A stretch of DNA of 53,671 nucleotides. It comes from Neocallimastix sp. 'constans' (Eukaryota). The notes under the pieces are model-generated. The model made no database searches, was not told the origin of the DNA, and saw nothing but the letters and a program-made list of their open reading frames with translations. A program made the position numbers and the translations under genes. Within the stretch, counting starts at the first letter, position 1, and each line of letters opens with the position of its first letter. This document shows positions 13,243-30,743 of this stretch, piece by piece. The stretch spans positions 434,001 to 487,671 of the forward strand of contig JBODTK010000126.1 of assembly GCA_050613775.1 (NCBI GenBank), written 5' to 3'.

Positions 13243-13628
13243 GTTAATAGTTTTAAACGTGCTTCAATTAATGTTATTAATTGTAGCAAAAGGAATCATA
13301 AGTATAGTTTTTCTTCTCTCAAAAGGAAACATTTTGCCTTATCAGAAAAAGTGAATTCATCATATAATATCAACTTATTCACTACTTCAATTTCAAATAC
13401 AAGTTCAAGTCAAAATTCAAATTCAAGTTCAAGTACAAGTTCATGTACAAGTTCAAGTACAATTTCAAGTACAATTTCAAGTTCAAGTTCAAGTACAAGT
13501 TCAAATTCAAGTTTAGGTTCAATTTCAAATTTATGTTTAAATTCAGATTCAAGTTCAGATTCAAATTCAAATCCCAGTTCAATCAATAATAATATAAAAA
13601 AATATATTATTAAAAAAAAAAATTTAAA

Positions 13629-13694
<66 letters not shown>

Positions 13695-13695
13695 C

Positions 13696-13748
<53 letters not shown>

Positions 13749-13845
13749 TTAATAAATAAAAAATAAAAAAATAAAAAATAAAAAAAATAAAAAATAAAAA
13801 ATAAAAAATAAAAAATAAAAGTAAAAATAAAAATAAAAATAAAAT
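13629..13845 (+). repeat. (AAT)n microsatellite followed by A-rich heptamer repeats inside element B
   Basis: Directly visible simple repeats between the Ser-rich linker and the endonuclease domain. Confidence 0.9.
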
Positions 13846-13879
13846 AAGCTCTTTTTTTTTTATATATAATATTATACAT

Positions 13880-16658
13880 AAATTAAATGATGTTGATGTC
13901 ATAAAAAAATTAATAAGTTATTTATTTGAATTTCTTCAAAAAAGCTAATAATGAAATTCCCGGTAAAAAAGGACTTTATATAGGGTTTCATAATTCTTGT
14001 CAAGCCTCTCTTGAAAACAACACTAATGAGTATATTATTTCTATGTATACTTATAATTTTTGGAATTTCACTAAATGTTCTATTGGTAATGTGTACGTAC
14101 CTCATAGTGGCCATAGCCTTCATGCTAGAGCTGCTAGAATTGAAATTTTGTAGTGGTTAAATAGTCACTCTTCTCATCCTTCAATGTTGGTTGGTGATTT
14201 TAATTTACCTACTGAGAAATTAGGTAATTTGCTCTCTAAATTTAGTAATTGGAAAATTCTTCCCTTATGGGGCTCCTCAATTTCATGGAGTAGAGGTAAT
14301 AGAGAATCTGATATAGATCATGCGATTGTCAATGATCATATGATAGATTTACTTTCATATGGTACTTTTATTGACTTTCCCCCCATTTCGGATCATAAAC
14401 CTTTATTAATAAAAGGTAAATGTTTTTCATTAGAAAATTCAGATAATTCTTTCTCTCTGCCTAAAAAGACAGTTAAATGGGATAGATTAAAATGTATAAA
14501 TGAAAAAGAATCAATTTTTTGACAATAACTATTTTAGTGTATTAGAGGAAGTGATTCCAGATCCTAATATTAGTATTGATGATATTTCTAAGAAATTTAT
14601 ATCAACTTCATTCAATATTGTTAAAGAACTAATATAACGTCAATATCAGAAGTTAGAAAATCTTTTTTTCATATGTCACAGAAAATATTTAATTTGCAAA
14701 AACTCAAAATGAAATTATATAAAGCCATTAAAAGAAGAGGTTCTTATCATAATTTAGATGAATTTGAAGAATTAATTGAAAAATATAATAGAATGTGCAA
14801 AATTAATCATCATATGTGTAATATTTATAGGAAAACTGAATACCAACATTGGATCAATACAGGATGTGAATATATGAAATCTCATAACCCAAAGAAAGCT
14901 TGGAAATGGCTTAAAACAACGGCGAAAGTAGATAAATTTAAAAATATGTCAAATTCTCCAGTAAAGGACAAAAATGGTAAATTAGCTACTTCTACTAAAG
15001 AACAGTTAGAAGTTTGGCACAATCACTATAAAAAATTTGCATCAAGTCATTCTGATATCAATAGTGCATTAAACGAATGGTCTAATAAATTTTCCAATGG
15101 TACAATTAGGTATACGAGACACAATGAATGGGATATAAATCAAGAAATCAGTATAGAAGAAATTAAAGAAGCAATTTTAGCTGCTCCAAATTATAAAGCT
15201 TCAGGCCCGGATGGAATTCCTATTGAATTTTTATAAAGCTTTAATTCCTCCGGATGACGAAAATTCAGTAAATAATTCTGCTTTTGGTTTAAATTGTTTA
15301 CAGAAGATATACTCTAGAATTTGGAATGGAGAATTTCCTAGTATATGGAATGAAGCAAGTATTATATCTTTTCCTAAAAAAGGAGATGATCTATCTGATT
15401 GTAACAATTATCAAGGTATCTCTCTGATTAACAATGGTATAAAACTCATTTCGAAAATAGTCTCTAAAAGAATTTCTGAATATGGACTTAAAAATAATTT
15501 TATTAGGCCAGAGCAATTTGGATTTCGTAATAAAGAAGAATGTGTTAGTTTATTTATTTCAATTGGAGAAATTTGTCAAAGGCGTAAAAAGAAAATAAAG
15601 AAACTTACCTTGCTTTTCTAGATTTAAAAAATGTATATGATTCTGTTCCAATAGGTAATATTTTATATAAATTAGATGCTTTAGGTATTAGAGGTAAATG
15701 TTATCAATTTATAAAAAATCCATATTTGACTTTCAAAGCCAGTGTTAAAATTGATGATCAATATTCGGAATCTTTTAATATTATGAAAGGAGTTAGACAA
15801 GGTTGTCCACCATCATCAATTCTTTTCAATCTATTTATTAATGACATTTTTAATGATTTTTCAGAACTTGGAATTCCTTTAGGAGAATCTAGATATTGTG
15901 GTGGACTCTTTTCAGATGATATTGTTCTATGCGCACCGTCAAGAACTAAGTTAAAAAAAACGCTTAAGAAGGTAAATGAATGGGCTAAATTTAATATGAT
16001 GAATTTTGGAATTAGCAAGTGTGCAACGATGGTGATTCGACGAGACACACCTCTTTTTCAAAATAAAAGAGATCCTACTTTTTATCTTACTGGTCAACCA
16101 ATCCCAATAACTAAATGCTTTACCTATTTAGGTATACCATTTGATAAAAGCTTATTGTTGAACCCTATTATTAAATTACTTAACTCTAAAGTTACTAAAG
16201 CTCTCTTTTCTGTTAGTAAATTTCTTTCAAATTCCAAAATTTCTATTCCATTTAAGAAGATTATAATTAACTCCTATGTACTTAGTAAAGTTTCTTACTT
16301 TGCACCTTTACTTGGTTCAAATAAAGCGAGAACAAATAATACTCAGAAATTAATTAATAAAGGATTAAGATGAATTGCAGGTTGACAAAAAGCCAAATCT
16401 TTTATTAATGTATATTCAATTTCAAAAGATTTAAATATTCCTCCATTGTCAGCTAAGTGTGTTTTGTCTCAAGTCAAATATTTTGATAAATGGAAAGATT
16501 CAAATCATATTATTTCCTATTTAGTTGATAATATTCCAAAATCTAGAAAATATACATGGACGAAAGAAAGTAGAACTCTTAAACGTAAACTAGAGAAAAG
16601 AGGTAATAACGATAATAAAATCAAGGATTTTTATTGGAAAAGAGATAAATGTTTTTAA
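13880..16658 (+). pseudogene. Frameshifted endonuclease (APE) + reverse transcriptase of element B
   Basis: APE motifs GNVYVP, GDFN, IDH and SDHKPL. RT motifs ASGPDGIP, PKKGD, QFGFR, KGVRQGCP, FSDDIVL and YLG. There are several stops and frameshifts. Confidence 0.92.
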
Positions 16659-17103
16659 TCGTGGCAACCTAACAAATGATATTGTTAATAGTAAATAATG
16701 ATAATAGCAACAGTAATAATAGTAATAGTAATAATAGTTATAGTAATAATAGTTATAGTAATATTAGTAATAATATTATTAGTAAATGTTAGTAATAGTA
16801 TTGAAAATAATGTGTATGTTGATTCAATAAATGATGAATCCGGGGGAGTTTAGTGGACACCACACTATCTATTTTAAAGATGTTACTTCTAGGTTTTATT
16901 ATTTTTTTATTTTTTAGGAAGGGAAAAATTCCACATAGTACAACATGCCGAAATACATAGTATTTTTAAGCTTTTTTATTTTTTATTTTTTAACTTTTAT
17001 TTTTATTTTTAATTTATAATGTACTTTTCACCTACATGCATTTTTTTTGTAATAAAATTAATAATGTTATGGAAGTGTATTCTCTTCCCTATCTAAAAAA
17101 AAA

Positions 17104-17238
17104 GTATCCAGAGTATTCCTATGGTCTAAAAAAAAAAAAAAGTATCCAGAGTATTCCTATGGTCTAAAAAAAAAAAAAGTATCCAGAGTATTCCTATGGT
17201 CTAAAAAAAAAAAAAAGTATCCAGAGTATTCCTATGGT
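17104..17238 (+). repeat. Four copies of the 22-mer GTATCCAGAGTATTCCTATGGT separated by CT-A(13-14)
   Basis: Copies start at 17104, 17142, 17179 and 17217. The spacers are CT followed by 14, 13 and 14 A. Confidence 0.95.
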
Positions 17239-20200
17239 TGGTACTAACTAATGAAAGCTCGAAATGGTTATAAATTAGATGCTAAAGTTGCCAAAGCCTC
17301 AAATATTGCTAATGAATCATATCCTAATTATTGTCCATGTTGTAAAAGTTGATGTCAAACAATAGAACATTGGTTAATTGACAGTCCTTTCTTTAATAGT
17401 ACTCGTAGTAAATTCTCTACAAGTTTAGACACCATTTTAATTTTTATAATCAACGAAGTCCTTTTAGTTCGGTTAATAATTCTTTTGATAGTAATAATAT
17501 GGATAATAATAACGTGATGAATAATTTTATGCATAATAATTCTATTATGTGTAAAAAAGTATTTAAATTCCTTCTTGGTGGGAGAACTGATAATTGTAAT
17601 TAAAAAAGGCAATTATATAGATACTCCATTCTTGGTAGTCACTGTGGTTCTCCTAAATGAAATAATGCCTATTGCTATTGGCCAGCAATGGTTTTTATTC
17701 AATAGGTTCAACACAAAAACAACCAAGAGCGTCAATGCTGAAGAAACAGTAGGACAGGTCAGTATAACCAGCGCAACCAACAATGATCAAAATATTCAAA
17801 CATAGTAGGAAGTCAAATACAATTATTATATTTATATAATAATGACTAGCATGGTCTTACTATTATTAATTAAATGTACTAGAATACATTATACCATTTT
17901 TAATCATTAATTTTTTTTATTTTTTACTTTTTTTATACATATAATCTTTTAAATTTTAATTAATAAACGGCCTAGCTATATTTACTGCCATTAAAAAAAA
18001 AAAAAATCAAAACATGATAATAAATAACTGCTAAAATAAAACAAGCCCCCTCAATATGTCCAACCTATTAAAGATAAGAATGGATTATTATTATTTTATT
18101 ATATGTTAAAATAAATAAATATTAATCTTTTCAATAATAATTTATATTAAATAAAAAAAATTGATATAAAACAAATATGTGTAGTAACATATTTGTATAT
18201 TTAATAATAATTATTAAATATTAAATTTATATCTTTTTGATAATAATTATTTTATTTTATTTTATTTCAATATATATTATTATAATTATAATAATTATAA
18301 TACTTTAATTCATATAAAATTTATATAGTTCTATATATTAGAATAATTAATATATTACCTATTTCATATAAATTAAATTATTTATATTAGAAATAGAGAA
18401 CTCTCTTGTAAATTTTTAGAAATTAGAATTATTATTTTTAATTGTACGAATATTATAATTTTATTAATAAAATTTACTAAACTACCATTATTTAAAACCC
18501 ACTGCTTATAAATTATTGCACATAAAAGTCCCGCATATCAAAATGATAATATACTGATATAACATATTAGAAATGACTTTTTAATATGTTTAGATGTGGA
18601 ATTTTTTATTTAAAATTTGTCTTAAGTTATAATTAAAGTTTTTAAATTAAAAATCAAATGTTTAATTAATTTACCATATATGGAATAATTCTAAAAAAAT
18701 ATATATTAATTTTAAAATAAAATATAAAGTATATTATAAATAAAAATATTATTTATTCCTGTTTACTCTAGAGTTGAATAACTAGGAATAATTTTAAACA
18801 TACTGCGTGTCAGTATTTAATTAATGAGGCTAATAACATTATATTTAAATAAATTAATGCAACAATTTTCTTTTTCATTTTTATTTTTTTATGAAAACCA
18901 ATGAACTAATAATCAAATAAAATAGACAATAATTATTAAATTATTATTTATCATTATTAATAATTATAAATACTTTTTTTCTTAATTGATTTTAAATATA
19001 TCATGTTACACAAAAAATTAATAATGCAAAAAAATATATTTATTTTTTATATTATATATTTTCATTTATTATGAAATAGAATTTAATATAATTATAAATA
19101 TAAACTTTATTTTAAGATTAAATTTCAAAATTTATATATATATATAAATTTTAATCTTTGTATTATCCAATATGATTATTATGGGTACTTTATATAAATA
19201 GTATTAATTTCAAAATAAATAAATAAATAAATACATACATACATACATAAATAAATACATACATACATGCATAAATAAATAAATACATATATACATACAT
19301 AAATAAATAAATAATTTACAATAAAGTATATTTTTTATAAAAAATCACATTTCAGTGGTTTAAACTAATTATTTTTTTTCATATATAATGTTAGTTTTTA
19401 ATAGTGTTACATTAATATTTTAAAATTTATAAAAATATTTCATTAAAAACTTGAAAATTTACAAAATATTAAGAAATTTATATAAAATTTTTTTTTTATA
19501 TTTTGATTTTTGTATTGTTTGTTAATTGTAATATAAAATAATAAATATAATATAAAAAGGATTAAATAAGAATAACAACTAAATTTTTTTATAAAGTTAG
19601 GTAGTACTATCGAAAAATTATCTAAAATTTATTATTTTTTTTATTACATAGGTATTTAATTTATTATTTTTTATATAATAAAATTTTTTATTTTTAATAT
19701 TTTAGATTATAATAATATACATTATATAGTTTTAATATAAATTATATTTAAAATATAAAAATATAATTATTTAAATTAATAATAAATATTTATATTGTTA
19801 TAATATATTATATTACACTAAATTTTATAGGAATTTATATAATAATTATTGTCAAATAATATAGAATTATAATTTGATACATGTAATATATATTAAAACT
19901 TTATTGATATTTTAATATATTAACATTTTATTATAATATATACTCATTTATATTAACCCTATATATTTTGTTATATGAATTTCTAATTTTCTTTTTCCCT
20001 ATTGAGTTTTATTTAAAAAGTACTTCAACTTCAAATAGTGTCTTTAAAAAACTTTTTTTTTTTTGAAAAAACATTTTTTTAAAATAAGAAAAATATAAAT
20101 TAATATAATATATAATGTAGATAAATAAAAAATATAAATAAATAAATATATAATAAAAAAAAAATATAATAAAAAAATAATCAAAATTTGAAAAAATAAA

Positions 20201-20860
20201 TAATTAAAACGAAATTATAAGAAAAAGAAAAGAGAAAGGGAAAATTATTAAATTATTCATGTTTCATATATAAATTTTAATATTTTAAATTAATTTATAA
20301 TAAAATTTAAAAAGGTAAATTTATATATTAAATTTTATTAAATTTAAAAAGATATTATTTTATATATAATATAATTTAAAAAATTTCAAGTCTCTTATAT
20401 ATATGTTTTAAAATTTACATTGTATATATATTATAAAGTTTATACATCGAAATTATATAATACAATATAATACATGCACTTTTTGATTTATGTATATAAT
20501 ACTAAAGACCATTTACATAGTAACCAAATAAAAATATAATACAACAAAGGAGTAAACAAATAACGTAATAATTATTCAATTAATAATAAATAAAACAGGA
20601 AAAAACTAAATAATTCAAATTCATAATTCCTCAAATTATTTTTTTTTTTTCCCGTAAAGAGAATAAATAAATTATTATTATATAAATACTTTTTTTTAAT
20701 ATTATTTATAGAATATTTTGATATCGTAATAATTCAATAAAAAATTGTAATTTTTTGATTAGTAAAATTTTATAGAAAAAATATATAAATTTTGAAAATT
20801 AAAAATAAAATTTTTCAATAATCTTGAATCCAAGTAGTATATAAATATAATAAATTCAAA

Positions 20861-23800
20861 ATGACTATAGAAATCTCAACACAAAATGCAGAAAATACAA
20901 ATAAAATAAAAATTTCAAAAAAAGATATGAGAAAAGTAATTAACAATTAATTATTTTTTATTTTTATTTTTTATTTTTATTTTTTAAAAAATTATAATTT
21001 TAAATAATATATTATAATATATTATAAAACTATTATTAATTTATAAAAAATTTAAGTAAAAATTATTAATTAAAAATTTAATTATTTTATATAAATATAT
21101 ATATATTCTATAAAATTTATATTAATATATTAATAAATAAAAAATGATATGAAATAAATAATATTTAAATATAAAAAAGGAGTTTGATGTGAAACCATCA
21201 AACACTATTACAAATATTGTAATATGGGCAGCAAAAGAAAGACACCCATTAGCTATGTATTTAATGGGTTTATTTTTCTTAGGTTACTATAAGGTTTATC
21301 CAGATTTTGATAAAGCGGTATTTTGGCTAAAAAGAGCTATTAAATATAAAGCTAATGAAGATTTTGGTGGTGTTGAATATTATCTTGGACATTGTTATGA
21401 AAATGGTTTTGGTACTAGACAAGATATAAAAAAAGCATTAGAATTATATAATATTTCTGCAAATAAAAATTTCCCAAAAGCAATGAAAAAGTTATCAGTA
21501 TGCTATGCTAAAGGATTTCTTGGATGTAATGTAGATAAAATACTTTCAGATAAATGGAATAAATTATATGAAAAGCAAGAAAAATATTATTGGAATATGG
21601 ATGATGAATTATCAAATGCAGGTTATAAAGTTGAAATGTTTGCTGGAGAGGAACAATTAATAGATGTTATTGAAGATGCACTAGAAATAGGAAATATTGA
21701 AGCGGAATATTGTTTAGGTTTATTTTATGATGCAGGCTTTGGAGGAGTTGTTATGCGTGATGAAAAATTAGCATTACAATGTTTTAAGGCAGCGGCATCT
21801 AAAGGACATGCAGGTGCAATGTATTGTTTAGCAAAATATATTGAAAAAGGTAAAGGTGGTTGTAAAAAGGAACCCAGTGTTGCTTTGGAATTATATAATG
21901 AAGCTGCACTTAATGGTGATGAAATGGCTAAAGAGTTGATTAATAAGTATAAAAAATTGCCAATATATAATAAAACTCAAGCTATTGCTAAAGGGGAAGA
22001 ACAATTAAATGAAAATAATAATTTAGCATCATCTAAAATAAAAACACCTAAAGAAACATTAGTTAATAATGAAACTCGTAAAATGGAAAAAGGTAAAGCT
22101 CCAGAGGATAACATTACTTCGGATATTACTACATACAATATTGTAAGTACTGATAGTAATTCTCATTGTGAAATCCCAAGTCATAATTATCAAGGTAATG
22201 CTACTAATAATGATGGTAGTAGTAGTACTTCTAAAACAAGTACTAGTTCTATTTCTATACCAATTAAATTAAATAATAAGTTTGAGAGAAAACATAATTC
22301 ATCACATCAACTTACTCCTTTAATTGAAGAAACCAATACTGAAGAAAATGTTAAAAATAAATTTGATTCTAGTAAAACAGAATTTTCTTCAGTTCATGTA
22401 AGTGCTCATCATGATCATTTAAATGAACCTGAAAGAGAATTAAATGAAGAAGAAAAAAGACGCATAATCACCAATAAAGTTAAGAAGATATCTGAAGAAT
22501 ATAACAAAATAATAGATGGAATCAATGAAGATAATAAAATTACATGCAATCAAGAATCAAAAGTTAAAAATCAAATTCTAAATGAAATACCTGATAAGAA
22601 TAAGGATAATGAAAAAGATGATGATCATAAAATTAAAATCAAAAGAAATCATAGTTTAATTAATAAAGTTAAAGATTTTGGTAATAAGTTAAATTATAAT
22701 CCAAATAAATCAGAAAAAGCAATTAAGGATAAACAAGATATTAAAGAATCTAAAACAATAATGGAAAAAGCGAAAGAAGGATTGAAGGAATTAGATCAAG
22801 ATATTAAAAATGTTTCTGGAAAAACCAATGAAAAAACAAATAAAGGATTAAATAAAACAGAAGAAATAGGAAGTGACATTAAGGAAGAAACTGAAGGTGT
22901 TACTTCAAAAACTGGAAAAAAATTAAAGAATATAAGTAATGATATGAAGAATAATATTGATCGTACCTCATCCAAAATTGGAGAAAATAAAGTAAGTCAG
23001 GGATTGAAGAATCTTGGAGAAAAGACCAAAGATGGTTTTAGGAGTTTAGGCGATAAAACTAAAGAAATTGGAAGCAATATGAAAAGTTATGGTCAAAAAT
23101 TAAAAGATTCTTCAAAAATTAAAGAAACTGAGATAGATGTAAAGGATGCTTCTAAAGATACCTCCAAAGAAACCTCTAAAGATGTCACTGAATCTAATAG
23201 CAATAAATTGAAGAATCTTAGTGAAGAAACTAAAGATGGCATTAAAAATTTAGGAGATAAAACTAAAGAATTTGGTAGTGATATTAAAAATTTAGGAGAT
23301 AAAACTAAAGAATTAAGTAGTGATATAAAAGATAGCATTGATAGTACATCTACTAAAATTGGAGAAAGTAAAGTTGGTCATGAATTAAAGAATCTTAGAG
23401 AAAAGACCAAAGATGGCATTAGGAATTTAGGAGATAAAACTAAGCATATTGGAAGTGGTATAAAGAATTATGGTCAAGAATTAAAAGATTCCTCAAAAAT
23501 TAAAAAAACTGAAGTGACTGAAGTGGGTGTAAAAGATAAATCAAAAGATACTACCAGTTCTACTGGTAACAAATTAAAGAATATTGATGGAAAGTCTAAA
23601 GATGCTTTAAAGAGCATTGGTGATAAAACCAAAGAATTAGGAAATGAAATGAAAGAAAGTATTGAACGTACATCTAGTAAGATTTGTGAGAGTAAAATTG
23701 GTCAAGAAATGAAGAATATCAGTGATAAAAGTAAAGAAAGTTTAAAAAATTTAGGTGATGATATTAAAAGCTTGCCAAATAAAACAAATGAAAAAATAAA

Positions 23801-24059
23801 AGATATTAAAGAAAATATTAAGGATAAACATATTGAAAAAGAATCAAATGATCAATCCAAATTAGACCAAGTTAATAAAATTAGTAAAACTGAAGAATTA
23901 AAAGAAAGAATAGAAGAAGCTGATGAAAAATTAACAGAAGAAGTTACTGAAAATGATAAATCAAAAACTTTTTCATCAAAGAATAAAAGTGGTTTAAATA
24001 CCAAGAAATCATTTGGATTTGGATTTAAAAAATTCTTTAAAAGTTCAAATAAAAAATAA
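20861..24059 (+). CDS. Sel1-like repeat protein with a C-terminal Lys/Glu-rich LEA-like repeat region; exons 20861-20935 and 21180-24059
   Basis: N-terminal SLR repeats (AMYLMGLFFLG, YYLGHCYENGFG, AEYCLGLFYDAG, AMYCLAKYIEKG) are followed by recurring KNLGDKTKE units. The GT-AG intron gives an in-frame join. Confidence 0.85.
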
Positions 24060-24103
24060 AGAAAAAAAATAAAAAGATAAAAATTTATCAACATCATTAT
24101 TTT

Positions 24104-24142
<39 letters not shown>

Positions 24143-24343
24143 TTTATTATCATAAAATCATCAATATTTTCTATTTGTATTAATATTTAATTTAACAATT
24201 TTATAGTTATGATATATTTTTATTAAAATATCAGCATAATATTTATTTTTAATATATTTAATATTTATTAATAATAATAATAATAAAAAAAAAAAAAAAA
24301 AAAAAAAAAAGAATGAAATAATTTTAATTTATAAATATAATAA

Positions 24344-24391
<48 letters not shown>

Positions 24392-24676
24392 AAGCAAAAC
24401 AAAACAAAACCAAAACCAAAACGAAGTAAAAAAAAAAAAAAAAATTAAATAAATTATTAAAAAATGTAAAATAAAAATATTAATAATAATTAATATAATT
24501 AATAATATATATCTAATATATTTATATATTTATTTATCAATAAATTATTTCTATTTTAAATTATTTTATTTTTTTTCTGTTATTTGATTTATTTATTATT
24601 ATTTTTATTTTTATTATTTATTTTTTTTTTTATTTTTATTTTTTAAAGTGTTTCGATTTTTTAATATAGTATATAA

Positions 24677-25412
24677 AGAAATATGTTTTAATTTCGTTTA
24701 TTCTTAGTCTTGTTATATATTATGCTCCTCTCTTTGGTTCAAATAATAGTAGATGCTCTAGAGCTCAAAAAATTATTAAAAGAGGACTTTATTGGAGTTA
24801 TGGATTTAAATCTTGTAATTATTATGTTAGTCCCTATGATATTACTCGTGAACGAGAATACCTCCTCTTTCAGCTGTCTGTGCTATATCTTAATTACGAT
24901 GCTTTAGAAAATGGAAAAATTCATCATGTATTATTAATCATCTCACTAATAATATTCCCATTATGTCACATTACTCATGGACTAAAGAATCAAGGACTTT
25001 GGATAAGAAATTAAATGGTAAAAAAACAAGTGAAATAAAAAAGTTTTATTGAGAAAGAAATGTCTTCAAACCTTCAAAAGCTAAAAAAGCAGTTATTTAC
25101 AAGGAGAATGATTTTGGATTTTGGATTTATTTCATAAATCAAAAACTTAACATTTCAATATCCTAAGTATCAGCTGGGATTCTTTTGGATTTCTCGAATT
25201 AGGTGTGGTTTAAATTTGACATGAGTATTTCCATTAAAAGAAAAATAGTCTCAGAAGATTGCCCTAAATGTTTCCCTTGTTGTGGTTTATTATTTTTTTT
25301 TCTTTAAAATCATGTGTTTTATTATTTTTTTTTCTTTAAAATCATGTAATTTTATTATTATCATAAATTAAATAAAATTTTCTCTAAGTCTAAAAAAAAA
25401 AAAAAAAAAAAA
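24677..25412 (+). mobile_element. Degenerate 5'-truncated non-LTR retrotransposon remnant
   Basis: It encodes LINE C-terminal motifs (SWTKESR, YPKYQLGFFWISRIRCG, DCPKCFPCCG) and ends GTCT-poly(A). A flanking direct repeat ATAGTATATAA lies at 24666-24676 and 25414-25424. Confidence 0.75.
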
Positions 25413-25435
25413 CATAGTATATAAGATATGAAGAA

Positions 25436-25485
<50 letters not shown>

Positions 25486-25976
25486 TTTTATCTAATTATA
25501 TATATAAAGCCTATTTATTCATTTTTGATTAAATAATTAAAAATAAAATATAATAATAAAAAAAAAAAAAAAAAAAAAAAAAAATTCATTTTAATAATCT
25601 ATTAATAAACAATTAAAAAATTATTAAATTATAATATCTTTTTGGATAAAAAATAATAGGATATAATATATATTATATAAATATTTTTTATATCATTAAA
25701 TATTTAATAATAATAATAATAATAATAATTTTTAATATAAAAAGAACAGTAGAAAAAAAAAAAAAGTTATTTATTTCGTTATATAAATTATATGAAAAGA
25801 CGTTATTTTAAATTATACTTTATAATTTATAGTAAATATTATTTAAAAAAAAATATATATATATATATTTTTATATATATTATTATTTATTTATTTATTT
25901 ATTTATGAATTATTTTTATTATAATAGTATATAATTTCTTTATATATATATATATAATATTATATATATTTTATTT

Positions 25977-26047
<71 letters not shown>

Positions 26048-26155
26048 GTTTATTAATTTACTACTAAAACAATATTATTATCATTTTACTCTATTGTTAC
26101 TCTTTTTCCTTTCTATTTCCATAATATATATATATATATATATATCAATTATTAT

Positions 26156-30229
<4,074 letters not shown>

Positions 30230-30428
30230 ATTTTCTTATAATAAAGTATTTTTTATCCTTTAAATTTGATAATAATGTTTATATTATAAAATTATGTTTA
30301 TATAATTAATAAAAAAAAAAGTTTAATTTTTATTAAAATTATAAAGAAATTAATTATATTTAAATTAATTTATAACCCTTAAAATTAATTATTATATTTA
30401 TTTATTTTCTTTAATGTTTACTTCTTTT

Positions 30429-30461
<33 letters not shown>

Positions 30462-30552
30462 ATATTTAAAAGTTTAATGTTTCGAATTAATTAATAAAAT
30501 ATTTTAATATAATTAATTTATATTTAATATATTATTATATAATTGTTATACA

Positions 30553-30584
<32 letters not shown>

Positions 30585-30688
30585 ATTGTAATTAATAATA
30601 TATAAATTCAATTAATATCATTCATGAATATTTTTTATCTACTTTTCTTCCCTTCTTTTATTGTCTTATTTTACTTTATTTTACTTTA

Positions 30689-30743
<55 letters not shown>

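Larger units (their letters stand above)
11514..17103 (+). mobile_element. Near full-length degenerate APE-type non-LTR retrotransposon (element B)
   Basis: TSD GTATCCAGAGTATT at 11500-11513 and 17104-17117. It contains a 5'UTR, an ORF from 12291, endonuclease and RT remnants, and a 3'UTR ending CCCTATCT-poly(A). Confidence 0.88.
11311..18006 (+). mobile_element. Old, internally deleted non-LTR retrotransposon (element A), split by later insertions
   Basis: 11311-11513 encodes an RT motif (GGLFANDIVL) and LCYEYPEY. The frame resumes at 17217 (YPEYSYGWY*LMKARNG...CPCC...TIEHWLID, zf-RVT-like), followed by a KSVNAE C-terminal motif and poly(A) at 17993-18006. The 5' boundary is approximate. 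Confidence 0.75.

Noticed and set aside
13382..13902. Poly-I/Y/L/N ORFs (also 26649-26987, 35229-35453, 39644-39901)
   Set aside because: They are translations of microsatellites and homopolymers.
12956..17094. ~270-bp direct repeats (12956-13222, 16823-17094) as LTRs
   Set aside because: Both end in poly(A), lack TG...CA, and are explained as 3' ends of two nested LINE copies with their own TSDs.
17104..17238. CRISPR-like repeat array
   Set aside because: The spacers are homopolymeric and identical, the context is eukaryotic with no cas genes, and the repeat equals LINE target sequence.
23093..23338. Short antisense ORFs within real genes (also 28542-28739, 34094-34396)
   Set aside because: They are opposite-strand shadows of low-complexity coding sequence.
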